In this document: in pieces, positions 30,868 to 41,346 of the stretch
Layout of the letters: every line of letters begins with the position of its first letter
How positions within the stretch are numbered: the stretch's first letter is position 1
DNA from: Opitutia bacterium
GTDB lineage: Bacteria; Verrucomicrobiota; Verrucomicrobiia; Opitutales; T3Sed10-336
Assembly: GCA_050506795.1 (NCBI GenBank)
Contig: JBJHCF010000006.1
Coordinates: 1-64,000 of the forward strand
Direction of reading: 5' to 3'
Length of the DNA stretch: 64,000 bases
The notes under the pieces: generated by a model
Seen by the model: only the letters and a program-made list of their open reading frames with translations
Database searches by the model: none
What the model was told of the DNA's origin: nothing
Position numbers and translations under genes: made by a program

Positions 30868-32403
30868 ATGAAAAAGACCACTAAACATGCAGCCTTTCTA
30901 GTAGCGTCGGTCCTGCCGTGGCTTGGTTCCGCCACTGCAGGGGCGGAGGACGCGAACGACGCGAACAGCGGGAATAAACCGAATGTCCTCTTGATTTTGG
31001 TCGACGACCTGAAGCCGGCGCTCGGCGCTTACGGTGATCGTGTCGCCATCACGCCGGAGTTGGACCGCTTGACGTCACGGGGGATCCGTTTCGACGCCGC
31101 CTATTCGAATCAGGCGGTGTGCGCGCCGTCCCGGTACAACTTAATGCTGGGCAGTCGCTCCACCTCCACCGGGATCTACGATTTCGGCCGCAACTTCCGG
31201 GATTTCTACCCGGACGCGATCACGCTGCCGCAGCAGTTCATGCGCGAAGGTTACCATGCCGAGGCGATGGGCAAGGTGTATCATATCGGGCACAACACCT
31301 ACAACGACGACGCCTCCTGGAGCGTTCCGCATCACCCGGAGTTGTTGATCGAATATGTGGAGCACGAGAGCACCGGGGGAGAACTCACTCGCGAGGAGGC
31401 GTTGTTCAACAACGAAAGCTGGGGCTTCGCGGGCACGTTGCGGCGGGGCGCCGCATGGGAGTATCCGGATGTCGAAGACGACGCGTATGCCGACGGCAGG
31501 ATCGCTGATCGCGCGGTGAAACGGCTGGAAGCGTTGCGGGATGGGGGGCAACCGTTCTTTTTGGCGGTGGGATTCGCCCGTCCCCACTTGCCGTTCTCCG
31601 CTCCGAAACGTTACTGGGACCTGTACGATCCGGCCGAGCTTCCCATGCCGGAGATCGAAGTAGGGCCGGAGGGAGCCCCGAATTACGCCGTAAAACGCGA
31701 CGGGGAAATCCATCAATACGATCCCATTCCGCATTCCTCCGAGCGCGACCCGTTTCCCGAGGAACTGACCCGGAAACTGATTCACGGCTACTACGCCAGC
31801 ACCAGCTACGTCGACGCCCAGATCGGCAAAGTGGTCCGGGCGCTGGAGGATCTCGGTATCGTTGACGACACCATCATCGTTCTCTGGGGCGACCATGGGT
31901 TTCATCTGGGCGAACTCGGCATTTGGACGAAGCACGTCAACTACGAGCTCGCCAACCACATTCCTCTGGTGTTCGTTGCTCCCGGAGTGGCCGAGCCGGG
32001 CTCGGCGACCGGCCAACTGGCGGAAACCGTGGACATCTACCCTACGCTTCTGGAACTGGCCGGCGTGTCGATGCGGGAGACTTCGCAGCCGATCGATGGG
32101 GTAAGCCTGGTGCCGGTGATGAAGGATACCGAGGCCCGCGTGCGCGAATACGCCTATCACTGTTTCGGTCGCGGCGGCCGCATGGGGCGGGCGATACGGA
32201 CCGAGGACTATCGGCTGGTCGAATGGAAACGCATCGGCGAAGCGCCGGACACAGCCGACATCGAGCTTTACGAGTACAGCGAAGGCCCGGTCGAACTGCG
32301 CAATATCGCCGAAGAAAAGCCCGAAGTCGTGACCGAGTTGCTGGAGATCCTGTATCGCCAACCGGAAGCGAGGCGCTCCAGGCCGGGAAGCACCTGGGAT
32401 TGA
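30868..32403 (+). CDS. Sulfatase (iduronate-2-sulfatase-like)
   Basis: KPNVLLILVDDLKP; VCAPSR; GFARPHLPF; WGDHGFHLGE. Confidence 0.92.
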   Translation: MKKTTKHAAFLVASVLPWLGSATAGAEDANDANSGNKPNVLLILVDDLKPALGAYGDRVAITPELDRLTSRGIRFDAAYSNQAVCAPSRYNLMLGSRSTSTGIYDFGRNFRDFYPDAITLPQQFMREGYHAEAMGKVYHIGHNTYNDDASWSVPHHPELLIEYVEHESTGGELTREEALFNNESWGFAGTLRRGAAWEYPDVEDDAYADGRIADRAVKRLEALRDGGQPFFLAVGFARPHLPFSAPKRYWDLYDPAELPMPEIEVGPEGAPNYAVKRDGEIHQYDPIPHSSERDPFPEELTRKLIHGYYASTSYVDAQIGKVVRALEDLGIVDDTIIVLWGDHGFHLGELGIWTKHVNYELANHIPLVFVAPGVAEPGSATGQLAETVDIYPTLLELAGVSMRETSQPIDGVSLVPVMKDTEARVREYAYHCFGRGGRMGRAIRTEDYRLVEWKRIGEAPDTADIELYEYSEGPVELRNIAEEKPEVVTELLEILYRQPEARRSRPGSTWD

Positions 32404-32491
32404 GTGTGCCGCCGCTCCGGAGGAGAGAAACGAGGCGGATTTGGTTATGATTGATTCCGGAAGAAAGAGATTTGCGTGGGCGGGCGGCCTC

Positions 32492-34762
32492 ATGAAAAAA
32501 ACATGCGGTTTGGCGGGAAGCTTGCCGCTCTTGACCGCCGCCGGTATCGCCGTCGCCGAAACGAACGAGGATCGTCCGCCGGATGATCGGCCCAACATTA
32601 TTCTGATTCTCGCCGATGACATGGGGTATTCGGACCTCGGTTCCTATGGCGGCGAGATACGGACCCCCGTCCTCGACGCGTTGGCCTACAACGGGGTTCG
32701 TTTCACGCAGTTTTACAACACCTCCCGGTGCAGCCCCACCCGGGCTTCGCTCCTGACCGGTGTTTATCCGCACCAGGCCGGCATGGGCTGGCTGGCCGGG
32801 CAACCCCGCGGCTATCCCGGCTACGCCGCCGAACTGAGTCGTGACGTGGTGACGCTGGGCAACGTGCTCGGGGATGCCGGATACGGGGCCTACATGCTCG
32901 GCAAATGGCACCTGTCATCCAACACGGGAAAGGAGGGCCCCAAGGATAATTGGCCTTTGCAGCGGGGCTTCCACCGGTTTTATGGGACCATCTTAGGCGC
33001 GGGGTCGTTTTTCGATCCGGCCTCGCTCACCCGTGGAAACACCATGATCTCCCCCTTTGACGATCCGGAGTACGAACCGGAAGGGGATTATTACTACACC
33101 GACGCACTTAACGACGAAACCGTTCGTTTCATACGGGAGCACCGGACGGAATATCCCGAAAGTCCGTTTTTCGTTTACCTGGCGCATCCCGCCCCGCACT
33201 GGCCGATGCACGCGCCGGAGGAAGACATAGCGAGGTATGAGGGCGTTTATGACGTCGGTTATGACGTGATCCGGCGGCAGCGATTCGAGAGCATGATCGA
33301 TATGGGGATCATCGATGCCGACTTGCGTATGAGCGAAACGCTGGGCGACTGGGAATCGTTTCCCGAAGAGGACCGGGCGTGGGAGCTTCGGACGATGGAG
33401 GTTTATGCCGCCATGATCGACCGGATGGACCGGGGCATCGGCCGGATTGTCGACGCCCTGGAGGAAATCGGTGAACTGGACAATACGTTGATCCTGTTCC
33501 TGAGCGACAACGGCGCGGCGGAGGAGGAACTTGGACGCGGTGGCCGGGGAGAGGCTCGTCCTGAATCACCCACCATGGTGTCGATCCCCGACCATGTGGT
33601 GCGAAGCGAGCACGATGTCGCCGTGTGGCCGAACCGGAACCGCGAAGGTTACCCGGTGCGACAGGGGCGCGGCGTGATGGCGGGGTCGGATGACACCTAC
33701 ATCGCATACGGGCGAAATTGGGCGAACGTTTCCAATACTCCGTTCCGGATGTTCAAACATTTTTCCCACGAGGGAGGGATCGCCACACCGTTGGTGGCGC
33801 ACTGGCCGAATGGAATCGAAGGCCGGGGCGAACTGATACGCGAACCGGGACACCTGATCGACATCATGGCGACGCTGGTGGATTTGGCGGGAGCCGAGTA
33901 TCCGGAGGAGTATGACGGCAGGCGGATTGCGCCGATGGAGGGCCGCAGTTTGGCGCCGTTGTTTCGGAATGAATCTTTTGATCGAGGCAGGCCGCTGTTT
34001 TTCGAACACGAGGGGACGCGCGCGGTGCGCGATGGGCGATGGAAGATCGTGGCACCCGGTCCTTACTATCCTCCCCGGTCCCCGATGTTGTCCGGAGAGC
34101 GTGGAGATGTCGGATACACCGACTGGAAATTGTTCGACATGGAGAACGATCGTACCGAACTCAACAACCTGGCTCAAGAGCAACCCGGCATCGTGGAACG
34201 TCTGGCGGACGAGTGGCAACGGTGGGCCGAACGGGCCGATGTCCTTCCCCTCGGAGGTTACCGGATCACGCGTGAGGACTATAGCGCCCGGAACGTATTC
34301 GAGCTTGAACCGGGGGCGGAGTTGGGTCCCGGGGAAGCGCCGTTCCTCGTGAATACGGCACTAACGATCACCGCTCGGATTGCCAGTCCCGGCGATGGGA
34401 CAATCGTTGCCCATGGCGGCGAGGTGCACGGATACGCGTTGTACGTTCGCGACGACACCCTCCGCCTGGCCTGGCGGCATTTGGGCAAACTTTATGAATT
34501 CGCTGCGGACCGACCGCTGCCGGCCGATGCGTTCGAAGCGCGGGTTGATTTCACTGAGTCGGGCCGCATCATCGTTGCCATCGACGACCGGACGGTGGCG
34601 GTCGGCCTTGTTCCCCCGGCATGGGAACGCCACATGCCCGGCGCCGGCCTGCGGGTGGGGTTCGATGCGGGACCGCCCGTTGGCGAATACCGGCCGCCAA
34701 ACCGATATCAAGGTGAAATCGAGCAGGTTCGGATCGAGCGGAATGAACTGTCGCCGCGTTGA
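32492..34762 (+). CDS. Arylsulfatase with C-terminal LamG/ConA-like domain
   Basis: ILADDMGYSD; RCSPTRASLLTG; GKWHL; WANVSNTPF. Confidence 0.92.
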   Translation: MKKTCGLAGSLPLLTAAGIAVAETNEDRPPDDRPNIILILADDMGYSDLGSYGGEIRTPVLDALAYNGVRFTQFYNTSRCSPTRASLLTGVYPHQAGMGWLAGQPRGYPGYAAELSRDVVTLGNVLGDAGYGAYMLGKWHLSSNTGKEGPKDNWPLQRGFHRFYGTILGAGSFFDPASLTRGNTMISPFDDPEYEPEGDYYYTDALNDETVRFIREHRTEYPESPFFVYLAHPAPHWPMHAPEEDIARYEGVYDVGYDVIRRQRFESMIDMGIIDADLRMSETLGDWESFPEEDRAWELRTMEVYAAMIDRMDRGIGRIVDALEEIGELDNTLILFLSDNGAAEEELGRGGRGEARPESPTMVSIPDHVVRSEHDVAVWPNRNREGYPVRQGRGVMAGSDDTYIAYGRNWANVSNTPFRMFKHFSHEGGIATPLVAHWPNGIEGRGELIREPGHLIDIMATLVDLAGAEYPEEYDGRRIAPMEGRSLAPLFRNESFDRGRPLFFEHEGTRAVRDGRWKIVAPGPYYPPRSPMLSGERGDVGYTDWKLFDMENDRTELNNLAQEQPGIVERLADEWQRWAERADVLPLGGYRITREDYSARNVFELEPGAELGPGEAPFLVNTALTITARIASPGDGTIVAHGGEVHGYALYVRDDTLRLAWRHLGKLYEFAADRPLPADAFEARVDFTESGRIIVAIDDRTVAVGLVPPAWERHMPGAGLRVGFDAGPPVGEYRPPNRYQGEIEQVRIERNELSPR

Positions 34763-34801
34763 TCCGGCCGTGACCCGAAAAGCGAGAAACCAGAAGCAGC
34801 C

Positions 34802-36790
34802 ATGTTGAAGTCCTTCACCTGTTCCAAATCGATTGCCACGTCGCTCCTGGCGGCCTCCGTTTCCCTGTCCCCTGGATTCGCGGAGGAGGGAGACGCCGCC
34901 GCCCGTCCCAACTTCGTGTTTATCTACATCGATGACCTCGGCTACGGAGACCTAAGCGTTTACGGCAACGATGAAATCGAAACGCCCCACATCGATCGTC
35001 TCGCCGCCGAGGGAACGCGCTTCACGCAGTTCTACAACCTCGCTCCGCTCTGTTCTCCGTCGCGTGTCGCGGTCCTGACCGGGCAGCAACCGCACCGGTG
35101 GCGACTCCATTCCTATCTCGACAACCGCGATCGCAACGCGGAGCGGCATATGGCGGATTGGCTTGACCCGGAGGCTCCGAGTCTGGCTCGTCTCCTGCGT
35201 GAATCCGGTTACGCAACGCTTCATTCCGGCAAATGGCACCTGGGCGGAGGGCGCGACATCGGTGACGCGCCACATCCGTCCGCCTACGGGTTCGACGACT
35301 CGTTGACTTCGTTCGAAGGACTCGGGGAGCGAATCCTGATCGAAGGAAGCGGCCTCTCGGAGATGAGCGGGCGGCTCGGCCAGGGCCCGATCGAATGGGT
35401 GAAGAAACATGAGATGACGGAACGCTACGTGGACCGTGCGCTCGCCTTCATTCGCGAGAACCGTGATCGGCCGTTCTACGTTCAGATCTGGCCGGACGAC
35501 GTGCACGATCCGTTCGACCCGAAACCCGAGTTGGTGGAGCGCTTTCGGCACACGTCTCACCCGGAATACTACGCGGTCCTCGACGAACTCGACCGGCAGG
35601 TCGGCCGGTTGGTGCGGGAGATTGACGAAATGGGTTTGCGGGAAAGCACCTTGTTCATTCTGGCCTCCGACGACGGACCGACCGCCTGGCCGCATTATTA
35701 CGGCGGGCGTAACGACCCGTCTCTTGCTCCCGGGTCCACGGGCGGCTTGCGCGGCCGTAAGTGGTCCCTCTACGAGGGCGGCCTTCGTTCACCGTTTATC
35801 CTGCGCCAACCCGGGACCGTCCCCGCGAACCAGATCAATGAAACCACGGTGGTGGCCGCATACGATCTTCTTCCCTCGCTTGCCGCCATTGCCGGCATTG
35901 AGGTGCCGCCCGATTATCAACCGGACGGCCTCGATATGAGTGAGGCGCTGCTCGGGCGGAGCGAGCCGGAACGGCCTGGAACGATCGTGTGGGAATACGG
36001 CACTCTTCCGGGCGTCCGTTTCTTTCCCGGCCTGGAGCGGGACCGCAGTCCTCCGCTCGCGATTCGCGAAGGCGACTGGAAACTGCTCATGACGCCCGAT
36101 GGGTACGAACTCGAACTCTACAACCTGCGCGACGATCCGGAGGAGAGCCGAAACATCGCCGGCCGCCACCCCGGGAGGGTGGAAGCGATGAGCGAGGAAC
36201 TGTTGGCGTGGTGGAAAAGCACACCGATCGCCCGTCACGCCCCTGTTACCGTACTGGGCGACCTTTTCGGTGGCATCGTTCGTCTCCACGATACGGGTAC
36301 GGAAGCGCTGGATGCCGAGGAATTGTGGCCGCGCCGGTTTTCCGGCGAAGGCTATCTCGACTTGCCGCGTGCGGAGGCTCCCGACATCGCCGGGAAACGG
36401 ATCCGGATTTCGGTCACGATTGAGGCCGGGAGATCCTCAGGCGTCGTTGTGGCGCACGGCGGCGAGCGGTACGGTTACGCCTTGTACCTGGATGAAGGCA
36501 GACCGGTTTTTGTCACCACGGCGGACTGGGACCGGACGACCGTCGCCAGCCCGCGGCCGCTGCCGTCCGACCCCGTCGAACTTCGCGCCGAACTGACGAC
36601 GACCGGCGAAATGACCCTCCACATCGACGGCGACCTTGTCGCCTCCGTGCGGGGGCCGGGTCCGATACCATCCGAACCCGGCGACAGCTTTCAGGTGGGC
36701 GCCGACACACTTTCACCCGTGGGAGCCTACGCCACCCCCCATCCTTTGACCGGGACGATACACTCGCTGGAAATCGTGTTGGGCGAGTGA
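34802..36790 (+). CDS. Sulfatase with C-terminal LamG/ConA-like domain
   Basis: YIDDLGYGD; LCSPSR; GKWHLGGG; LRGRKWSLYEGG. Confidence 0.92.
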   Translation: MLKSFTCSKSIATSLLAASVSLSPGFAEEGDAAARPNFVFIYIDDLGYGDLSVYGNDEIETPHIDRLAAEGTRFTQFYNLAPLCSPSRVAVLTGQQPHRWRLHSYLDNRDRNAERHMADWLDPEAPSLARLLRESGYATLHSGKWHLGGGRDIGDAPHPSAYGFDDSLTSFEGLGERILIEGSGLSEMSGRLGQGPIEWVKKHEMTERYVDRALAFIRENRDRPFYVQIWPDDVHDPFDPKPELVERFRHTSHPEYYAVLDELDRQVGRLVREIDEMGLRESTLFILASDDGPTAWPHYYGGRNDPSLAPGSTGGLRGRKWSLYEGGLRSPFILRQPGTVPANQINETTVVAAYDLLPSLAAIAGIEVPPDYQPDGLDMSEALLGRSEPERPGTIVWEYGTLPGVRFFPGLERDRSPPLAIREGDWKLLMTPDGYELELYNLRDDPEESRNIAGRHPGRVEAMSEELLAWWKSTPIARHAPVTVLGDLFGGIVRLHDTGTEALDAEELWPRRFSGEGYLDLPRAEAPDIAGKRIRISVTIEAGRSSGVVVAHGGERYGYALYLDEGRPVFVTTADWDRTTVASPRPLPSDPVELRAELTTTGEMTLHIDGDLVASVRGPGPIPSEPGDSFQVGADTLSPVGAYATPHPLTGTIHSLEIVLGE

Positions 36791-36824
36791 CGGTTTACTT
36801 TTGCCGGGTTGCCTGAATTGGCAC

Positions 36825-37652
36825 TCAGTTAATCCGGCTGGTCGGAATTTGTGAAATCCCCGCACGCCGGGAGCGCCTCCGTCGTGCGAGTACCATCAGC
36901 AAAGCGGCAAGGCCGAAAAGACCCGCGTAGGTCGATGGTTCGGGGACTACCGTGGCGGCATCGTTCCAAAAATACACATCGCCCATGATTCCTTCGAAGC
37001 CGTTGACGGGGGTATCGTTGACGTCGAACGGATCGTTGACTCTAATATCGGGCAGTTCCCCTCCCAAGCCTCCGGCACTGTTGCCGATCGTGCCGAAGGA
37101 TATCGAGTTGTTGCCGGTCCAATTGTCATAGTCGCCGGAAATTAAGAAATGATCCACCCCGCCGAGGTTGGCGCCGAAAATTCCGATACGGAGGTTGCCG
37201 TTCTGGTCCCACGACACGGCGGCGTTGTACTCGATCCCCGCGGCAAGAACGCCGGCCGTGCTTTGAGCGGCCATTTCGCCGGGTGAACTTCCGTCCGGCC
37301 TGAGAGTCAGATCGTTCAGGGACTCGGGTGCGCGCCCATCATTCGAGTTATGCTTGGCCGTTGTCGTCAAGACACCGTCGACAAGGATAAGTGATGCTCC
37401 GTTCGATGAGCCCCCGTACTCCCAAAGCACCGTGGTTCCGGTTAGGTCGGCGGCCGTCGGTGTGAATACCACGTCGACGGTATAACCGGCCGGGCGGCTA
37501 CTGTTCAAGGTGTTGAATCCTCCGGGTGCGTGGGCGCCTACCTGATGAAAGTCGGCGGCATCTGTTGAAAGGTTTACGATTACCGCGTGTGAAATCGTGG
37601 CGGTCAGAATGAAGCCGGTAAGTGAGAGGGCTGAGAATTTAAACAGTTTCAT
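36825..37652 (-). CDS. PEP-CTERM sorting domain protein
   Basis: Signal peptide MKLFKFSALSL; VPEPSTYAGLFGLAALLMVLARRRR. Confidence 0.9.
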   Translation of the reverse strand: MKLFKFSALSLTGFILTATISHAVIVNLSTDAADFHQVGAHAPGGFNTLNSSRPAGYTVDVVFTPTAADLTGTTVLWEYGGSSNGASLILVDGVLTTTAKHNSNDGRAPESLNDLTLRPDGSSPGEMAAQSTAGVLAAGIEYNAAVSWDQNGNLRIGIFGANLGGVDHFLISGDYDNWTGNNSISFGTIGNSAGGLGGELPDIRVNDPFDVNDTPVNGFEGIMGDVYFWNDAATVVPEPSTYAGLFGLAALLMVLARRRRSRRAGISQIPTSRIN

Positions 37653-38003
37653 TGTTGGGTCCTTGTTTAGTCGATCCGGTCGGCAGGGGCAGGCACACAT
37701 GGATAGGTGTGAACCGATAATGACCCAGGCCGAATATGCTCTATTCTCTGGAGAATTCCGGAGATTTCGAGCCAAATCTTTATATTTGAGAACTTTGGTC
37801 ACAATTTTCTATATCGGGCTATTTAAAATCGCGAAATCGGATAAGCTCACACGGAGGCACCTTCCCGATTGGCTTGGAAAGGTGGGAGAGGTTTCCGGTT
37901 TTCGGGGCCTCCTCCAGTAGTGGCCTGTGTTTTGTTGCCGGTATTGCCGACCTGGACATTAGGAATGGTTTACGGTGGAGTGCCTGAATTCCTGGAGTTT
38001 TAA

Positions 38004-38018
38004 TGCACCGATGTGCAC
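38004..38018. promoter_or_regulatory. Putative LacI operator copy 3
   Basis: TGCACCGATGTGCAC, one mismatch to the reverse complement of copy 1. It sits in the divergent region between the PEP-CTERM gene and the sigma/pilin/sulfatase genes. Confidence 0.68.
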
Positions 38019-38213
38019 GACGAGAACATTGCCGAACCTGCATGCCGCGATCTATATATAGAACCCTAAGCCCTCTTGCAAAGACGGAACATGATTCTCT
38101 CATCAGATCGATCGTTGGATATTCGAAATCCAGTCCCTTGTGGGATGGATCGGGCGGAAGTGAGGCAACTTTCATTGGACGCTTGGCAAGCTCCTCATCC
38201 GGACGAAGCCGAG

Positions 38214-38576
38214 ATGGAGAAGTCGTTGAAACGATATAGAAAAGCGCTCCATGATTACATTCTGACGATGATACCTCATCGCGCCAGCGCTGACGATGTT
38301 CTTCAAGAGGCACTGATATGGATCCTGGAACGTTTCTATCACAACGGGCGGACGAGCGCTCAGATTGCCGTGGAGACTGGTCGCAGTGCGGCGGCGGTTC
38401 GCCAGGCGTTGTCTCGCGTGCGCAGAACGTTGAAAAGAACGGTAGAGGCTCAGATGCGTCGCGGGGAGGGGTTTGGCATGGGAGTTGGCTGGGTATCTCG
38501 GACGGACTCCTGGTCGGCGCCGAGCCACGGGAATTTTACCCGACCACGCCTCCGGGACATCGAGGTTGATTTTTAA
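38214..38576 (+). pseudogene. ECF sigma-70 factor (Rhodopirellula/Verrucomicrobium type) with internal deletion
   Basis: The start of region 2 (LHDYILTMIPHRASADDVLQE) is joined to the end of region 4 (IAVETGRSAAAVRQALSRVRRTLK). Confidence 0.75.
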
Positions 38577-38590
38577 TCCGATACCGAATT

Positions 38591-39322
38591 ATGAATACAA
38601 GATCCAAGGGATTTACCCTAATCGAACTGCTGACTGTTATTGCCATCATTGGAATTCTGGCGGCTATACTGATTCCGGTCGTGGCCAGTGTCCGGGAATC
38701 GGCCAGGCGTTCCAGTTGCATGAGCAATCTGCGCCAGATCGGAATAGCGGCGCATATTTTCGCTGCCGAAAATGATGAACGACTTCCGGTGGTCGGCGGC
38801 GGCCACTGGCCGTGGGATATTTCGAATAATGCGTTGCTTGCTCTGATCGCCACTGGCGGCGGTGAGCGCGACATGTTCTATTGTCCCTCATCCCTTCAGT
38901 ACACATGGAGAAACGATCTTTGGGACTTTAATGTTTCGGACTCTCTGCCGGGCGGGGGGCACCGCGTGATCAGTTACGTCTTGTTGATGCGCAACGCGAA
39001 TACGCCCGAACGCTATTGGAACCGGACCATCGGCGATCCGCCGCCGATGCAGGGTGATCGCGTGCGGGGTGAAAGAGGCTCGGGCCCGGGGTTGGTGTAT
39101 ATGAGCCAGACCGAGCGGGAACTGGCCGTGGATGCGGTGTTGTCCGATGGCGGCAGTCGATTTACGGGCCTGGAGGGGGGGCAGGGCCAATCGGCCCACA
39201 TGGATGGAGATGTCCCGGCAGGGGGCAATATACTGTTCCTCGACGGCCACGTGAAATGGCGCCCCTGGTCGGAGATGGACCCGCAGCCGCGCGCGACTGG
39301 CGGTCCCGGATTCCATTGGTGA
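38591..39322 (+). CDS. Prepilin-type N-terminal cleavage/methylation protein with H-X9-DG-type C-terminus
   Basis: [46 protein letters not shown]. Confidence 0.93.
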   Translation: MNTRSKGFTLIELLTVIAIIGILAAILIPVVASVRESARRSSCMSNLRQIGIAAHIFAAENDERLPVVGGGHWPWDISNNALLALIATGGGERDMFYCPSSLQYTWRNDLWDFNVSDSLPGGGHRVISYVLLMRNANTPERYWNRTIGDPPPMQGDRVRGERGSGPGLVYMSQTERELAVDAVLSDGGSRFTGLEGGQGQSAHMDGDVPAGGNILFLDGHVKWRPWSEMDPQPRATGGPGFHW

Positions 39323-39557
39323 GCCGGGGCTCGCATGCGCGTTGTCGTAGCGGGCGGGTGGAACGCGGTGAAATGAAGATGCAAAACCGGAGGCGTTACC
39401 GAGGGTATCGAGATTGGCATTGAATTTTCGAGCCTGTCGTTGAAGATGGTTATGCTACGGCCTTGATGGCCCGAAAGGCCGTCGATTTTGTCGATGCCGT
39501 GCCTGTGAAGCATATTTGCTGAATGTGAATTGAAACCTGGTTCCAAGGGAGATACGG

Positions 39558-41114
39558 ATGATTAAGATTGGATTTGGCACGGCCTGGATGGGGGCGCTGT
39601 TTTTATCGGCGTTCGCGGCGAAATCGGTACCGGCGGAAGAGCCGGGACGCGCACCGAACATTCTTTATGCGATTTCCGATGATCAGAGCTGGATTCACGC
39701 GGGAGCTTATGGTCTGGAGGAGGTGCGCACACCCCACTTTGACCGGATTGCAGCTGAAGGAGTATTGTTCGAACAGGCGTTTGCACCCACTCCCGGCTGC
39801 TCTCCGACGCGAGCCTCTATTCTTACCGGCCGACATAACTGGCAGATCGAACATGCGGGTACGCACTGGAGCACGTTTTCAAGGAATTATGCCGTATTCC
39901 CTGATCGGCTGGAAGAAGCCGGCTATTTCATCGGGTTTACAGGTAAAGGATGGGCTCCGGGCAACACAGATGGGTGGGATCGGAACCCAGCCGGCGTCCG
40001 CTTCGGTCGGGGAGATTATGCCGAAGGCTTCCGGCGGTTTCTCGACGAACGCCCTGAAGGAACTCCCTTCTTTTTTTGGTATGGTGCGCATGAGCCCCAT
40101 CCCGGGACGATTCGAGCAAACCTCGGTAGCGGCGAGGAGGCGGGTTTCGATCTGGATGCGATCACAGTTCCGCCGTTTCTTCCCGATGTTCCTGAGGTTC
40201 GCGGCCATATTGCAGACTACCTGAGGATGATCGAGGTTTTCGATGAACAACTGGGAGAGATCCTTGGATTGCTGGAGGAAGCGGGTGAACTGGATAGTAC
40301 AATCATCATCGTCACCAGCGATCACGGCATGGGATTTCCTCGCGCCAAAGCCAATCTGTACGAGTACAGCGTGCGGGTTCCACTCGCGGTCCGATGGGGA
40401 GCGGAGGTTCCGGGCGGGCGCGTCGTCAATGACCTGATCGATCTGATCGATATCACTGCGACGATCTACGATGTTACGGGCGTTGCGAAACCTGAAGAAT
40501 ATCCGATTTCCGGGCGCACGATGCTTGCCCTTCTGCGTTCTGAAAGGGAGGGACTCGTCGAGGCGGAGAGAGATGCGGTGTACCTTGGTCGTGAACGCCA
40601 TTCGAGCGCACGTCATGACAACTTCGGGTATCCGATGCGGGCTATCCGCACGCAGGAATTCCTTTATATTCGCAATTTTCACCCCGATCGCTGGCCTGCG
40701 GGTGCGCCGAAGGCGCTGCGCGAGGATGATTCGTTTTACCCACTTAGCCACGGCGGTAACGCATTCGCCGATATCGATGACAGTCCGACTAAATCTTTTC
40801 TCGTCGAAAATAGCGATCATGAAGAGTACCGTGAGTACTTTCTGTTGGCCGTGGGAAAGCGGCCTGCGGAAGAGTTATACGACATTCGCAACGATCCGGG
40901 CTGCTTGAACAACCTCGCCGAACAGCCTCAATACGCGGACATTCGTCGCGATCTGGCGGAGCGGCTTGAAACCCACCTTGAACAGTCCGGCGATCCAAGA
41001 ATCGTCGGTCCCGACCCTGAGGTTTTCGAAACCTACCCGCGGTACGGTGGAATTCGACGTTATCCGCCTCCTGAAGAAGAACCGGAGGAATGGAAATGGA
41101 TGGTTGCGCCGTAA
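39558..41114 (+). CDS. Cys-type sulfatase (sulfamidase-like)
   Basis: PNILYAISDDQS; GCSPTRASILTG; SDHGMGFPRAKANLY. Confidence 0.92.
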   Translation: MIKIGFGTAWMGALFLSAFAAKSVPAEEPGRAPNILYAISDDQSWIHAGAYGLEEVRTPHFDRIAAEGVLFEQAFAPTPGCSPTRASILTGRHNWQIEHAGTHWSTFSRNYAVFPDRLEEAGYFIGFTGKGWAPGNTDGWDRNPAGVRFGRGDYAEGFRRFLDERPEGTPFFFWYGAHEPHPGTIRANLGSGEEAGFDLDAITVPPFLPDVPEVRGHIADYLRMIEVFDEQLGEILGLLEEAGELDSTIIIVTSDHGMGFPRAKANLYEYSVRVPLAVRWGAEVPGGRVVNDLIDLIDITATIYDVTGVAKPEEYPISGRTMLALLRSEREGLVEAERDAVYLGRERHSSARHDNFGYPMRAIRTQEFLYIRNFHPDRWPAGAPKALREDDSFYPLSHGGNAFADIDDSPTKSFLVENSDHEEYREYFLLAVGKRPAEELYDIRNDPGCLNNLAEQPQYADIRRDLAERLETHLEQSGDPRIVGPDPEVFETYPRYGGIRRYPPPEEEPEEWKWMVAP

Positions 41115-41151
41115 GCCGATCCCAACCGCCGGCGTTCTCGGAAAGGTCCTT

Positions 41152-41346
41152 GTGCCATCCAGTGAACATGTCGTTGTCCTTGCCGGCGCGGGCATCAGCG
41201 CCGAAAGCGGAATGCGAACCTTCCGGTGCGGCGGTGGTTTGTGGCATGAGTTTCGTATCGATCGCCACATCGCTCCTAGGGGCCTCCGTGTTCCTGTCCC
41301 CGGCATTCGCGGAGGAGGAAGCCGCCGCCGCCTTTCCCAACTTCGT
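41152..41346 (+). pseudogene. cobB: Sir2/CobB N-terminal stub fused to a copy of a sulfatase signal-peptide region
   Basis: VVVLAGAGISAESGMRTFR..GLW; 41257-41346 is a diverged 90-bp copy of 34828-34917. Confidence 0.72.

Noticed and set aside
22296..32911. Long alternative ORFs (22296-23603, 29352-30704, 31141-32622, 32042-32911)
   Set aside because: Shadow frames of well-supported genes in high-GC DNA; no motifs.
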